64,000 bases of DNA. Origin: Octopus sinensis (taxonomy: Eukaryota). This document shows, piece by piece, positions 52,700 to 64,000 of the stretch. A program made the position numbers and the translations under genes. The stretch spans positions 92,256,001 to 92,320,000 of the forward strand of contig NC_042999.1 of the NCBI RefSeq assembly GCF_006345805.1, in the 5' to 3' direction. Positions within the stretch are counted from its first letter, which is position 1. Each line of letters begins with the position of its first letter. The notes beneath the pieces were generated by a model, which ran no database searches, was not told the DNA's origin, and saw nothing but the letters and a program-made list of their open reading frames with translations.

Positions 52700-54760
52700 G
52701 ATGCTACACCTTTGAATGCTGCACCTTGGAACGTTGACATGGTAGACAGGCATATGGCCAAGCAGTAATAGACTGACGCATATTTGACCAGAAAAAACAG
52801 CCCAAGATAAACTTTACTGTGGCTGCAATGCCAGGGTGTGACAGTGAATGCAGTGCTTTAAAAACAGCACAACAGTGATGTTCTAACGGGGTGACCCGGT
52901 AGAAACATCGCAGAGAATAGTTCCTTCAGAAAAAGGCAGAGGCAGGTGTTCAAACTTGCAGCAGGAAAACTGTGGTAAAAAGACATCCACAGTCCAAGGA
53001 GGGTTGGTCAGTAGTCATAACAACCAAATCAATTGAAGCAGGAGCCGACAATGAACTGACAGGCAGGTGAGATAAGGCATCAGCGGGGATGTTGTCAGTG
53101 CCAGCAATGTGGCAAATGTCACTAGTGAACTGTGATATGTAGTCCAAATGCTTTGTTTCTCTGGGCGAGTACCAGTCTGTTTTGGTAAAGAGAGCAAATG
53201 TCAGCAGTTTGTGGTTGGTGAAAATCATGAAATCTCTACCTTCAAGAAGCTAAGAAAAATACTTCACCACTAGATAAATTGCTAAGAGTTCTTTACCAAA
53301 CACACTGTATCTTAGTTTGGCATCTTTCAACTGGCAAAAAAAGAAAGCCAATGGTTGGCTTTGGCTGTTGACAGATTGCTCTAAAACTGCAGCAATAGTG
53401 GATGCTAATGCATCAACAGTGAGTGTCAATTTTGCATCCACAACAGGATGAGCAAGAAAGGATGCTTGAGCAAGGTCAGCTTTGACAGATTCAAAAGCTT
53501 GGATGGCTGTAGGAGACAGAATTATCAGGAAGTCTCTTTTTTTGTTGATCTTTCAAGAGCTGGGTCAAGAAAGCAACTTCTCTGCCCAGCTAAGAATGAA
53601 ACAACAATAATAATTAATTAAACCAATAACATTTCTGAGCTGTTTTAAAGAAATAGGAGGAGACAAATGTTTGATGGCTTCCATTTCAGAGAGAAGTGGA
53701 CGAATACCATCAGCGTCAATGAGATGCCTCAAGAATTCCAAACTGGTAGAACCAAATACATACTTAACCAGATTAATCTTCACATCATAGGAACATGGGT
53801 GCTTGAACAGTTAAGTTAAGTGTTGGAGGTGCTGATCTGGAGTACCACTGATGATTAGAAGGTCATCAACATATGTGAAGACAAAATCTAACCCATGAAC
53901 AACTTCATCAATGAACTTTTGGAACATGCTGGCCGCATTGCAAAGACCAAATGGCATAGACAAGAATTCAAATGCTCCAAAAGACGTGGTGACGGCTGTC
54001 TTTGAAATGTCAGGGTTGACAGGGATTTGATGGTTTGTGCATACCAAGTCGATGTTAGAAAAATATCTTACAGCTGTGCAGGGCAGACAAAAAATCTTGC
54101 ACATTTGATAGGGGATAACAATCCATGATAGTGACAGTGTTAAGATGTCTAAAATCCCCAACTGGTTGAAAATCAGCTTCATTCTTCCTGGCCATGTGTA
54201 AAGGTGCTGCCCACAGGCTCCTGGAGGAACGAATAAGGCCTAGCTAAAGCATGTGCATGAATTCAGCCCGGGCAATCTGGAGTTTCTCTGGAGACAAACG
54301 GCAGAGTCAGGAAAAAATTAGAGGTCCCTTAGTCATGATGAAATGACTTGTGGAATGGGCTGGATTCAATGGATGAAATGGCAAATCAGTCAACTCTGGA
54401 AACAAAGCAAGTAACTGGTATTAAAAGTCACCTGAAGTAGCTACAAAGAAAGAGGGGCTCACAACAGGAACAGAAGAGTGTGCGAAATTTATTTTCATCA
54501 GAAGGAGAGTTACACCTGAGAACCTCAGTTTTGAAAGATTCATACATCATGTTCGATAGAGTTCCTGTTATCATATCTCGAACTAAAAGTGCAAGAGAAG
54601 AAGGAATGCTTGTAAATGCAATGTGGTGTTTGCTCTGAGCTGACTGAATATTAGAAGAAATGAAAAACGATTCTAGTTGCAAAAACCACATCTTAGCATA
54701 TCCATGATATTGAGGTAAGAGAAAATGACCCATGTTTAAATGATAATAAGAACAGAACAC
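52700..54760 (-). mobile_element. Decayed Ty3/Gypsy internal region: gag fragment, RT, RNase H and start of integrase
   Basis: MWFLQLESFF (gag-like), MPFGLCNAASMFQKFID..YVDDLLI, LTVDA..AVLEQ..KELLAIY, FTNHKLL..ADALSH and HPGIAAT. Protease is missing and no LTRs were recognised. Confidence 0.9.
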
Positions 54761-55512
54761 CACGAAGCTGGTTGAAAGAAATTCTGTTAGAAATAGCACT
54801 CAAAACATTCCAGTTGAAAGACGACATGACAAGCATCAAACTAGGAATTTTTTAGCAGCAGAGGATGAAATGGGAGAAGTCCTTGCCAATGGATAAAGAA
54901 CAAAACAATGGCCAACATATGGATAATCCGGGTAGGGTTGAGAGAAAGAAACGCATACCTGACACGTAGGAAAAACTGTTGTCCATATGAATTCCGGATG
55001 AAATTTTCTGGGTTTTTTTTCAATTGCAAGAAAATTCCCCTGGGAAGCTGTGTCTTTGAAAGTCCAAGTTGTAAATTCAGTCACAACAAGAGGAAAAAAT
55101 GATTTGCCACACCTGTTTGAAAAAGGTGCCAATTTTTTTTTTTTTTTTTGGTTGAGAAGACAATATGGTGACGAGAGAGACATCAGTGGTATCTAAAATG
55201 TAACCATGCATTTTACTGCTATTTTCAGCAAGTAGAGGACACTGTGTAAGAATGAACTGGTGTCTTGTGAAACATGAAGAAAACTACTAAGAAGTTGTTA
55301 GGATGAAATAACCACCAAGATTTGAACACAAAAATTTAGAAATACGAAACTAGACTGCAAAATATATCTAGTCCAGAACTTGGTGTCAGTATGTTGTCAA
55401 CTTTGAAAAATAAATATAAGTGAGAGTAAAATCTTCTAGATTTACAAAATTAATGTACCTTTGCAACAGAACAGCATAAACATATGGGAGATCTAGCTTA
55501 AAAAAATCTTAC

Positions 55513-55605
55513 CTATATGTGGTGGAAGGATGAGATGCAAATGTTCATAGTCTGTTGCACCATCTTTGAGTAAAATGCTAAAATAGCTGTGTAAACTCAG
55601 AGGAT
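55513..55605 (-). CDS. Candidate host exon xPLSLHSYFSILLKDGATDYEHLHLILPPHI(G) (phase 1/1)
   Basis: Strong tcttttctttcag acceptor, AG|gtaaga donor, open frame in unique sequence. Confidence 0.75.
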
Positions 55606-55885
55606 CTGAAAGAAAAGATACAAAATACAAAATTAAAGAAGCAAAAATTATTTTGGCAAATAGAGACAAAAAAAGTATATTAACAATAAAAAATCATACA
55701 TACATAGAATTGGTTTTACATATGTTTTACATAGACACATATATGTATTATATATATGCATCATCACCCCCACCACAACCATCATCATCATCATCATTAT
55801 TTTAACATCTATTTTTCTATATATCTGTTTGTGTGTATGTGTGTGTGTGTGTAAGTATATATGTATAAATATATATCAGAATATA

Positions 55886-56116
55886 TGCATATTTGACCAA
55901 TTCATGCAAGTATGGAAACACTTTAATAAAATTTTGAAAGTGGTGATGGTTATGATGAAAATGATGTTCTAGCTTTAATCAACATACATATATACATACA
56001 TACACATATATGTATGTATGTATATTGATTAAAACTAGAACATCATTTTCATCATCATCACCTTCAAAATTTTGTTATCAAAGTGTTTCCATACTTGTAT
56101 GAATTGGTCAAATGCA
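55886..56116. repeat. About 100-bp diverged inverted arms around a TA/CA microsatellite
   Basis: 55886-55985 versus 56023-56116. Confidence 0.85.
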
Positions 56117-56589
56117 CACACACACACACATATGCATGTATAAATATATCAATATAAAGTATAGATATACCATAAGCAATTTTTTTTTGTATTATGATGT
56201 ATAGCAAAAGAAGCACTTAGATTTATTCCTCGCTATCTAAATATAAATTGAAAAAAGCTTCATATATCCTCAAAATAATAAACAAATTCAAAAGTGACTT
56301 TGAACTTTGCTAGTGTAGGATGTAAAAGTATATCAGTTGTAAAGATAACATCTGAAAAGCAAACCAGTATGGAACGATAAAAAAAGAACATCATGCAGGA
56401 TGAAAATACTTATTTACTGTACAGAAAGTAATGTTTATGAAATATTCATTCTATATGTAGAGAGAAATGAAATAAACAATGAAGGTTATGTCCACAGCTG
56501 TCCTCTTATCTCCAGACAATGATAAGCCTGTCCATTCCTTTTATGGCATATCAACTTTAAAATATTTTTGATTCTTGAGATTGTCTTAA

Positions 56590-59500
56590 CTTCTTATGTC
56601 AATGTGGTCTTAATTACCATCTGGTACTTAAGACAAATCTTTTATAGATCTGCATCATGGAGAGAGCCAAAATTCTTAAGGACTATACAATACCTGGCAT
56701 GTTAAATAGTTGGAAAGAAGTGTTTTCTAAACGCGGGTACTTCAAGCACTACTTACTGGGAAATTGGATCTCCCTGTTTGCTAGTTAGGCCTCTTCAGGT
56801 CTGTAAGAGTTGTTTTTTCCTCTGGTTTAAAGGAAATAATCAGTCCTCATTGACATTTTTTTGTTAAGATGTATTTCTCATTTTTTGAGCATTCCCTCAT
56901 ATCCATGGCATAGAAATTTTAAAATTTTCATCTTTTTATATAGACGTCCACATGGCTTTGACTTTGTGGATGTGAAACCTTGGGTAACTCTATGTCCAAG
57001 ATAAAAAAATTTTGTTGTAATAATTACTATTCCATTCTTTAGAGTGCTTCTCTCTGATATATGTATTTTTTATTAACTATCTATCTGCAACTTGGTTACA
57101 GAGTGTCTTATGAAGTACACTACATCTTCTACATTTGATAACTGTACCGATCCCTGTGCTTTTACATATTATCAATTGTGACCTCAAGGATAACAAGGAA
57201 CCTGTCAATTTAGGGTATTCAAAAAAAAATATCCCTATATCTTCTAATGAGGTTTACATGTAAATGTTATTGAAGAAAATGATAGACTTTATAAGACACA
57301 TGAGATGGAAGGCATTCTTCTATGATCAAAGCACACCACTTTTTGAGGCCAATACATACAGTATCAAGTCTAGGAACTTCCCACCTAGAATCAAAGAACT
57401 CAAAGCCTTTGAAGCAGACCTACTGGGCATAATACCCAGGCTGAAATTCCATAAGTCCTTTTTCCCTTTTCAAAGCAAACTCTGTGAAGATATACAAAAA
57501 ATAAGAAACTCTAATAAGTTCTTAATTTTCTTGGATAAGACTAAGAACTTATACATGATAGATGCATATGCTTACAATTGACTTTTAAATGATTCAATCA
57601 CACAAAAATACAGATACACTTCTAATAATATTAACTGTGAGGCTAAACAGATAGCAGCTAACCTAGGTATAGCAGACAGAGAAGAGAACTTGGCCAAGAG
57701 AAATGCTTTTATAAATATGAAAGATAACCAGCTCAATTTTGCCTCAAAGCCCAAATGCAGCCTGATCAACCTGGCCAAATCCGAGATTGGCCAGGCGAGT
57801 AAATATATACTGAGGAAGATTAATGATGACATAAGAAGACATATGGGCCTCCCTTTTGGTACAGCACCAATGAGGTAACCTCATGGTTTATTGCCAGCCA
57901 GGATAGAATAGCGCTAGATTTACACAGTTCAACATTATCAACATTTATCTATCTATTTATAAAGAGTTATTGTTGAAGGCACTTTCTTTTGCCAAGGGCT
58001 TCACAGATACTAGTAATAGTGATATTAGATTTATCATGCATGCCAGGAAGACAGTGCAGTTCAGCAAAGATTTGACTTGGATTAAGCAATCTGACCCTGA
58101 GGGCTCCTTTGATGTGGCAATGAGAGCATATGACAGGGCCGATGTCTGTGATCTTATCGGACTGTACAGCCTGGACATCTTAGAGAAGAGGTTTCCTTCA
58201 ATCTTCTTCAGCCTCTACAGAGATGGCTCCCTAACCATCTCTAGAGGAGCCAACGGCCACACATTATATAGACTTAGAAAGGACCTAATTAGCACCTTAG
58301 GCTCAATGGGTCGCAAGATCACCATTGAGACTAATCTCACTACAGTATATTTCTTAGATACTACTTTAGATCTGGACTCTGGTACATACAGACCCTATCA
58401 CAAGCCATACAAAAGAATATTTTATATTAGTACAGCCTCCTGCCACTACCCTATAGTTTTCAAGAACCTAGTGAAAGATGTACGCAAGAGGATCTCGAAT
58501 CTATCTTCAAGCCAAGATATCTTCAACACCACTGCCCCTACTACTACAATGAGGCACGGGCATCGAGTGGGCTTAAGGACAGCATTTCTTACATGTAGTT
58601 TAGTTTGCTCCACCCTTTTTGTTCAGTGTGTGAGAGATTTTCCTTAGATTGATGGCCAAACATTTCACACAGACACATAAATACAGGCATTTATTTAACA
58701 GACACAACCTAAGGATCTCCTAACATAAAAAAAAAACCTTTCAACAAGTACCCACAATACAAAGGAGGGAGCAGATTACTCTTGCAGGGTATATAATAAC
58801 TATCCAGTAGGATGCTAATGCGAGGCTGAAGGGGTCAGCTACGAGGCTTAAGTGATATGTAGACCTGCTATCTGCAATAACAGTACTGAAGCATCCAACA
58901 GCAGATTAAACAGATCTCATGCCAATACAATTGCTTCGCGCAGAAGATAATAACTGGTCTGGGACCAGCATCACAGAGAGCATCACCGAAGAACCCGGTA
59001 CTACTACCACAGATAATGAATAATCCAGACACAGATAGAGTGGCCAGGCCTGAAACATATGTTACCACCAATACAATTGCCATGCCTAGAAATGATGACC
59101 AATCCAGGACCAGTGACATAGAAGAGGTATCTGCTGTTCCCAGTATCACCACCACATGATGACCAAATACTTATCTTCAACATTGATGGCATGACCATCC
59201 CACACCATATGTTACCAGGGGTGTGATTAAGGCCACATCCCATGTTTGTAAATATACTGGATCTGCGAGTACTTCATTCAAGTGACATTTTCTTAACCAC
59301 CAGTAATCCTTTAGAGTCCCAAAAAGATGGTTTGTTATGTCCCTAGTCAGCCATATGTGGCACTTCAAAGATCAAAGGATCCTGTGTGATACCAGGCGGA
59401 AATTAATTGATCATCTGGGCCCAGATATTAATGGAAGAGACCATTACAAGTCTTAAGGACTATATGAAACCTGGTGCATTAAACAGTCGGAAAGAAGTGT

Positions 59501-59865
59501 TTTCTAAACGTATCCACTTCAAGTGCTACTTACTGGAAAATTGGATCTCTCCGTTTGCTAGTTAGGCCTCTTCGCATCTATAAGAGTTGTCTTTCTTTCT
59601 GGTTCAGAGGAAATAACCCGTCCTCATTAACATTTTTTTGTTAAGACATATTTCTCATTTTCTGAGCGTTTCCTCTCGTCTGCGATGTAGAAATTTGAGA
59701 ATTTTTGTCTTTTTATATAGTCTGATGAGCTGTCCACAAGGCTTTGGCTTTGTGGATGCAAAACCTTGGGTAACCCTGCGTCCAAGATATAAAATTTTGT
59801 TGTTATAATTATTACTCTAATCTTTAGAGTGAGCTTCTTTCTGATACACATTTTTTTATTAAGTA
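56590..59865 (+). mobile_element. Near full-length decayed Penelope-like element (RT plus C-terminal GIY-YIG) with direct pseudo-LTRs
   Basis: YSKKNIP..MRWKAFF, DKT, KPKCSLINLAKSEIG, FDVAMRAYD, YRDG, FLDTTLDL, and EN motifs to 59565. Diverged direct repeats at about 56673-57080 and 59450-59865 include the ORF end, the partial-tandem layout typical of PLEs. Confidence 0.9.
59711..59794 (+). ncRNA. Degenerate hammerhead in the 3' pseudo-LTR
   Basis: CTGATGA, long stem II (TCCACAAGGC/GCTTTGTGGA), aAAAC (GAAAC in the 5' copy at about 56974), GGG-TAA-CCC stem III, GTC site. Confidence 0.55.
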
Positions 59866-59910
59866 ATATATATATATAATTATATATATAAAATATATAC
59901 ATATAATATA

Positions 59911-60268
59911 GACCTGGGATGAGGTGGTGAGCATGAGCTTCGAACATTAGGCCTCACCGAGGCAATGGCTAGCGACCAAGACATTTGGAAATATGCAATG
60001 CGTGAGAAGTCCTGGTAAGCCAAGTGAAACCATAACCTATGGCCTATGCCAGGGGTGTAACCAGCCTACTTATGTGTACCTTTCCTTCATTGGACACTAA
60101 ACTCTGCTTGTGAAGACCTGTTGAAGCAAGTGAAATCAAAATCAAATCAAATTTGCAAATTCAATGACTGCTAAGAGCACCATCCGAGCATTGCTGCCAG
60201 AGAAGCTGACTGGCTTCTATGCTGGTGACACATAAAAAGCACTATTCAAACATGATCGTTACCAGCTG
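59911..60268 (+). mobile_element. RTE ORF end and proximal 3'UTR fragment
   Basis: TWDEVV..RTLGLTEAMASDQDIWKYA; complementary to 12040-12280. Confidence 0.8.
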
Positions 60269-60269
60269 C

Positions 60270-61254
60270 TCAGTGTTACAAGAAACTTCAACATCAAGGG
60301 AGACATGGATAGGGGCCATGATCTCATATATGTTTTGATATCATATGAAGCACATATTAAGAAGCTGAAGCAACATCTGCAGCAGACGAACAAGATCAGA
60401 AACTATCGTGCCCAAGTTTGTAACCAAGAAATCAACAACATAATTAGGATAACTAATGAACTTTAGGAGAGGCATGAAATAGGAGCTGATACAAATCTCT
60501 CCCCAACGAGCATTAATGAATTCTATCATGAAAAGAACAAAGTAAACAAATGAACCCATTCACTTAGCATTAAAGACACAAACAAAATTAGTCATATCAA
60601 AAGCTTGATGTGGAGTGCTGACAAGTCTGACATCCAACTTTGAAGGCTACCTCTATGCAATTCAAAAACAAAAGATTTCCACCAAGTAACTGCAGCATAA
60701 AAGGCAGAAAACACTGACAGACAAATATAGGCTGTGCAAAACCAACTACATTATTGCCAACTATGAGAGAATGTTTTCCAGATATTATCTTCCTATGAGG
60801 CACTCTGTAACAAGATAATAAAAAAGAAAACACTAACTGATAATATTGACTAAATTGAGTCAAAAGAATCTTGGTGGAATTTAAAAATTAACACAGCCAT
60901 GAAGTTAAAACACAACAGGTATTGTTGTGTAGAATCACAAGAAAAAGATATGTTCTGTTGTGGAAGTCAGCTGCCTCTAGACATCAATGTAGTTAGAAAA
61001 CTATAGGAAAAAGAGGACATCTACAGACCATTGATAAGGAGTTTGCACATCCAGTACCCAATATACATTTTCTCCACCACCACTATTATTATTAATGGAG
61101 CAACAGGATATGTACCAAGCTAGCTGGAGCAAAGTATGGCTGAACTTGGGTTCATGGGGGAGAGAATGCAACTCCTTAATGCATACACTACAATTGGTCA
61201 CAATATATGGGACTATAAAAATCTGCAAGACCTTCTTGGGATTTAAAGGATGAT
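60270..61254 (+). mobile_element. Decayed RLE-type (R4/Dong-like) non-LTR retrotransposon C-terminus
   Basis: FEGYLYAIQKQKISTK, YRLC, WWNLKINTAMKLKHN, VVEVSC, KEDIYRPL and GATGYVP remnants. Confidence 0.65.
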
Positions 61255-63184
61255 GAATAAAACATGATGCTTTCCTTCACAACCTTGTAATCAAAGATAA
61301 CTTATACATACAGACATATATACATGTGACTACTCCATCTTCTCAGATGATTGATATATCTTCTTGTGCTTCTTTGTTGACAATAGCATTTCCAACTTTT
61401 TGTCCTCTCAGATGACTAGTCAATCCTGCTGCTTTGTAACTGTGTGCTTCTAGTTATTAAAGTCTGCACACCTTACCACTCATTCATTACTATAGGACTT
61501 TCAGTAGATGGAATGACAAATGAGGTCACCATAAAGAGACATCTATACATCATTGGATAATAGTGATAAATGCTTGTATAACATGAGTACCACCCTCTGA
61601 GTTTCCATGATTAGTACATAGAGACAGACTGATGTGAGATGATCAGTAATCATATGAAACTGCAGGTTTCGGAGAGTGTCCCCCTCCTAGAAAGATGCTA
61701 TGATAACAGCTAAGGGAGGGAACTCCTAATACCTGGTGGTTATGATTTACATGCTAATTAACCCATAGTTAGGAACCTGGCAAGTGCTGCTACTCTAAAC
61801 CAAAATAGACCTGGGAACAATTGTGGCTAAGAGGTAGTTCTACACTCCTCAAATCCCTGAAACTCCTGAACCAGGGCCCCACTAGCAAATGCAGTTTAAG
61901 ATCACACCAAGACATACATATTATCATCACAGTTATAGCTGCTTTTCCAGCTTTGCATAGGTCAGGTGAGTTCTCTCCAATACAGTATTTTGCCACTTAT
62001 AGCTCTATTTCATCATCTCCTTTAAGTGGTTCAACTTCCCAAAATCAATTTGTGCCACACATGGTACTGTATTTCAATGGCATTAGTACAGGAAAGACTA
62101 GAGTACCTATAAAAGTCTTTTAAATACAGTTTTGAACTATTCTGTGTAATTACTTGAAGTAACCTAAAGATGTTAACTATATTTACACAAGTCCATTATG
62201 AAATAATTCTACCGAATTAGCATTTGAAAAACAGCATCACATTTAACATAAACTGAAACTTATTTCAATACTAATATTCATACTTTCTATGGTTTATGTG
62301 TATATATATTTGCATGTATATAGATTACATTACCTTAATTCTACATATAACAATTAATAATTACTGATGATGTGATTCTATACAATTAGTAAAGTCAAGT
62401 TTATTAATCATTTGACTGTGATTTCAATCAGACATGCTGAATATGCAGCCAAAGTGAAAGCTGAAGTCCTAGTCAGCACTAATATGAATGAGAGTGTGTG
62501 TTTGTGTGTATATGTGTGTGCGTGTGCGCATGCATGCTTGTGTGTGCATGTGTGCATGCATATGTGTAAAATTTTAATTTTGGTACATATACTATAGGGC
62601 AGTTTTCTTTCTTTTTTAGAAGAGCAACCAAACATAGGGTTATGATTTTAAGATGCTAAGTCCAAAATTGAAATAGATATTTCCACGCAAAAAAAAGTGA
62701 TAAATTGTATTCATCCTAATCACTATAAATTGCTTCATTTTAGTAATTTTATATATGAGTAATTATAGTTATAAGTAATTCAATATTTGATTATAGTAAG
62801 AAAAGTTGATTTAGTTCTGTAAAACAGGGAAGTGGCAGATGATTTTGAAAGATTTTCTCTGCAACTCAACTAAATATTAAAAATGTATTTTATTGCTTGG
62901 AAATTGAATCTTCAACTAACAGTAACCAATTAATTCAACCATTATAGCAATTTACTAAATCTAGTTTTTGAGGCCATTTGTTTTCTGAAAATAAATATTA
63001 ATTAACCTCACAAATATATTGTTGTTTTTAAATATAGCTGTAACATAGTCTACCACAAGTTATTTAATAGTTTCACTTGTTACAGTTAAATTGCATTCAC
63101 AGTTATAGGGAAAATAACTTGAAATTTTAAAGTATTATATAAAGATTATTTCATATGATGAGTTAGAAATACATTTAAGAAAAT

Positions 63185-64000
63185 AGCCAGGTTATAAGTT
63201 GACAGAGCGCTGGTTGGGTCGGCTGATTTATTGAAGGCTGCGCAGGCGATTTGTAGAGGGCAAATCGTGGAACTGCGCCGGGCGGTGAACCAGCGGCAGG
63301 GCCAGTTCTGCCAATACAGTGATGCAGTTGAAGGAGATGGTGGTCCACCGATGCAGTTGCGGAAGCGGTCCGCAGGGAGTTGCCGAGGCTTAGTTGGCAC
63401 TCGGATGTTGCGGAAGAAGCAACTGTTGGTGAGGAGCGCAGGACATTGGTCACGAGGGTTGTCAGATGTTGGTTGCACGGACCTGGCGGAGTGCTTCATC
63501 AACTGAGGCGGTCGTCGCTTGAGGAAGCAGCGAGGCCGGAGGATGGTCCCAGTTCGGCAGCGAAAGATGAGATATCGGTGACAGGGGCATTGAAAGGGCG
63601 GAACGGTCCCTGGTCGTCGGCCATTATGGTGCAGAATGGAGACGGCACAGCAAGATGCTACGTGGGGTATATAGCCCTGAGGAAGGTGGCCACTGTGAAG
63701 GATTGGCCAGACCCTGCATGTGTGAGGGAGCTAAGGAACTCCCTCGGATGGTGCACCTATTGTAGGCGGCTCGTAGGAGGCCTTGCGGCCTTGGTGGAGG
63801 TGTTACCCAAGCCACAGAGGGAAGATGCCAACCTGTGGCCAGTGGTGAAGTGGTGGCCATGGGAGGTTAGACCCCCGGAGGAGAAACCACCCAAGGGGAC
63901 CTCCAGTTCCTGGAGCATCTGCTGGAGCTCGCCCTTGGAGGTACGAGCTTGGTGTGCTTTTGTCGGGTTGACAAAGCTTAGGTAGGGGGTAGTGTTGTGA
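63185..64000 (+). mobile_element. GC-rich, heavily deleted Gypsy-like internal region ending in a PPT and the TG of a probable 3' LTR
   Basis: ORF 63380-63985 has GPWSS..DG..RCYVGY, KVATVKDWPDP..RELRNSLGWCTYCRRLV and QREDANL; aggtagggggtag is followed by TGTTGTGA at the window end. Confidence 0.7.

Noticed and set aside
57170-59565. Selenocysteine recoding of in-frame stops in the PLE
   Set aside because: The stops near Cys motifs are TAA and frameshifts are frequent, which fits ordinary decay; no SECIS was recognised.

Overview
AT-rich, microsatellite-dense eukaryotic DNA that is almost entirely intron and transposon. The repeat families (RTE LINE with (ATG)n tail, tRNA/CORE-type SINE, abundant (TA)n and (CA)n) suggest a cephalopod, probably Octopus; this is inference. 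Most ORFs in the supplied track are spurious. Supported content: one young 5'-truncated RTE LINE with an uninterrupted ORF and an internal PHD-type finger, several decayed RTE copies and many RTE 3'-tail fragments, tRNA-derived SINEs, three Tc1/mariner elements, hAT and piggyBac-type MITEs, a non-autonomous Helitron, two Gypsy remnants, an RLE-type LINE remnant, and Penelope-like elements (PLEs) with hammerhead-ribozyme motifs. A tentative unidentified host gene runs on the minus strand as small phase-compatible exons, including a 19-nt microexon. The most striking unexplained patterns are (i) at least eight local inverted duplications, mostly centred on or abutting (TA)n runs, one of them bracketing the young LINE in place of a direct TSD, (ii) a set of hammerhead motifs, and (iii) long low-complexity inserts splitting the GIY-YIG nuclease of two PLEs. 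All alignments were done by eye; boundaries of decayed elements are approximate.
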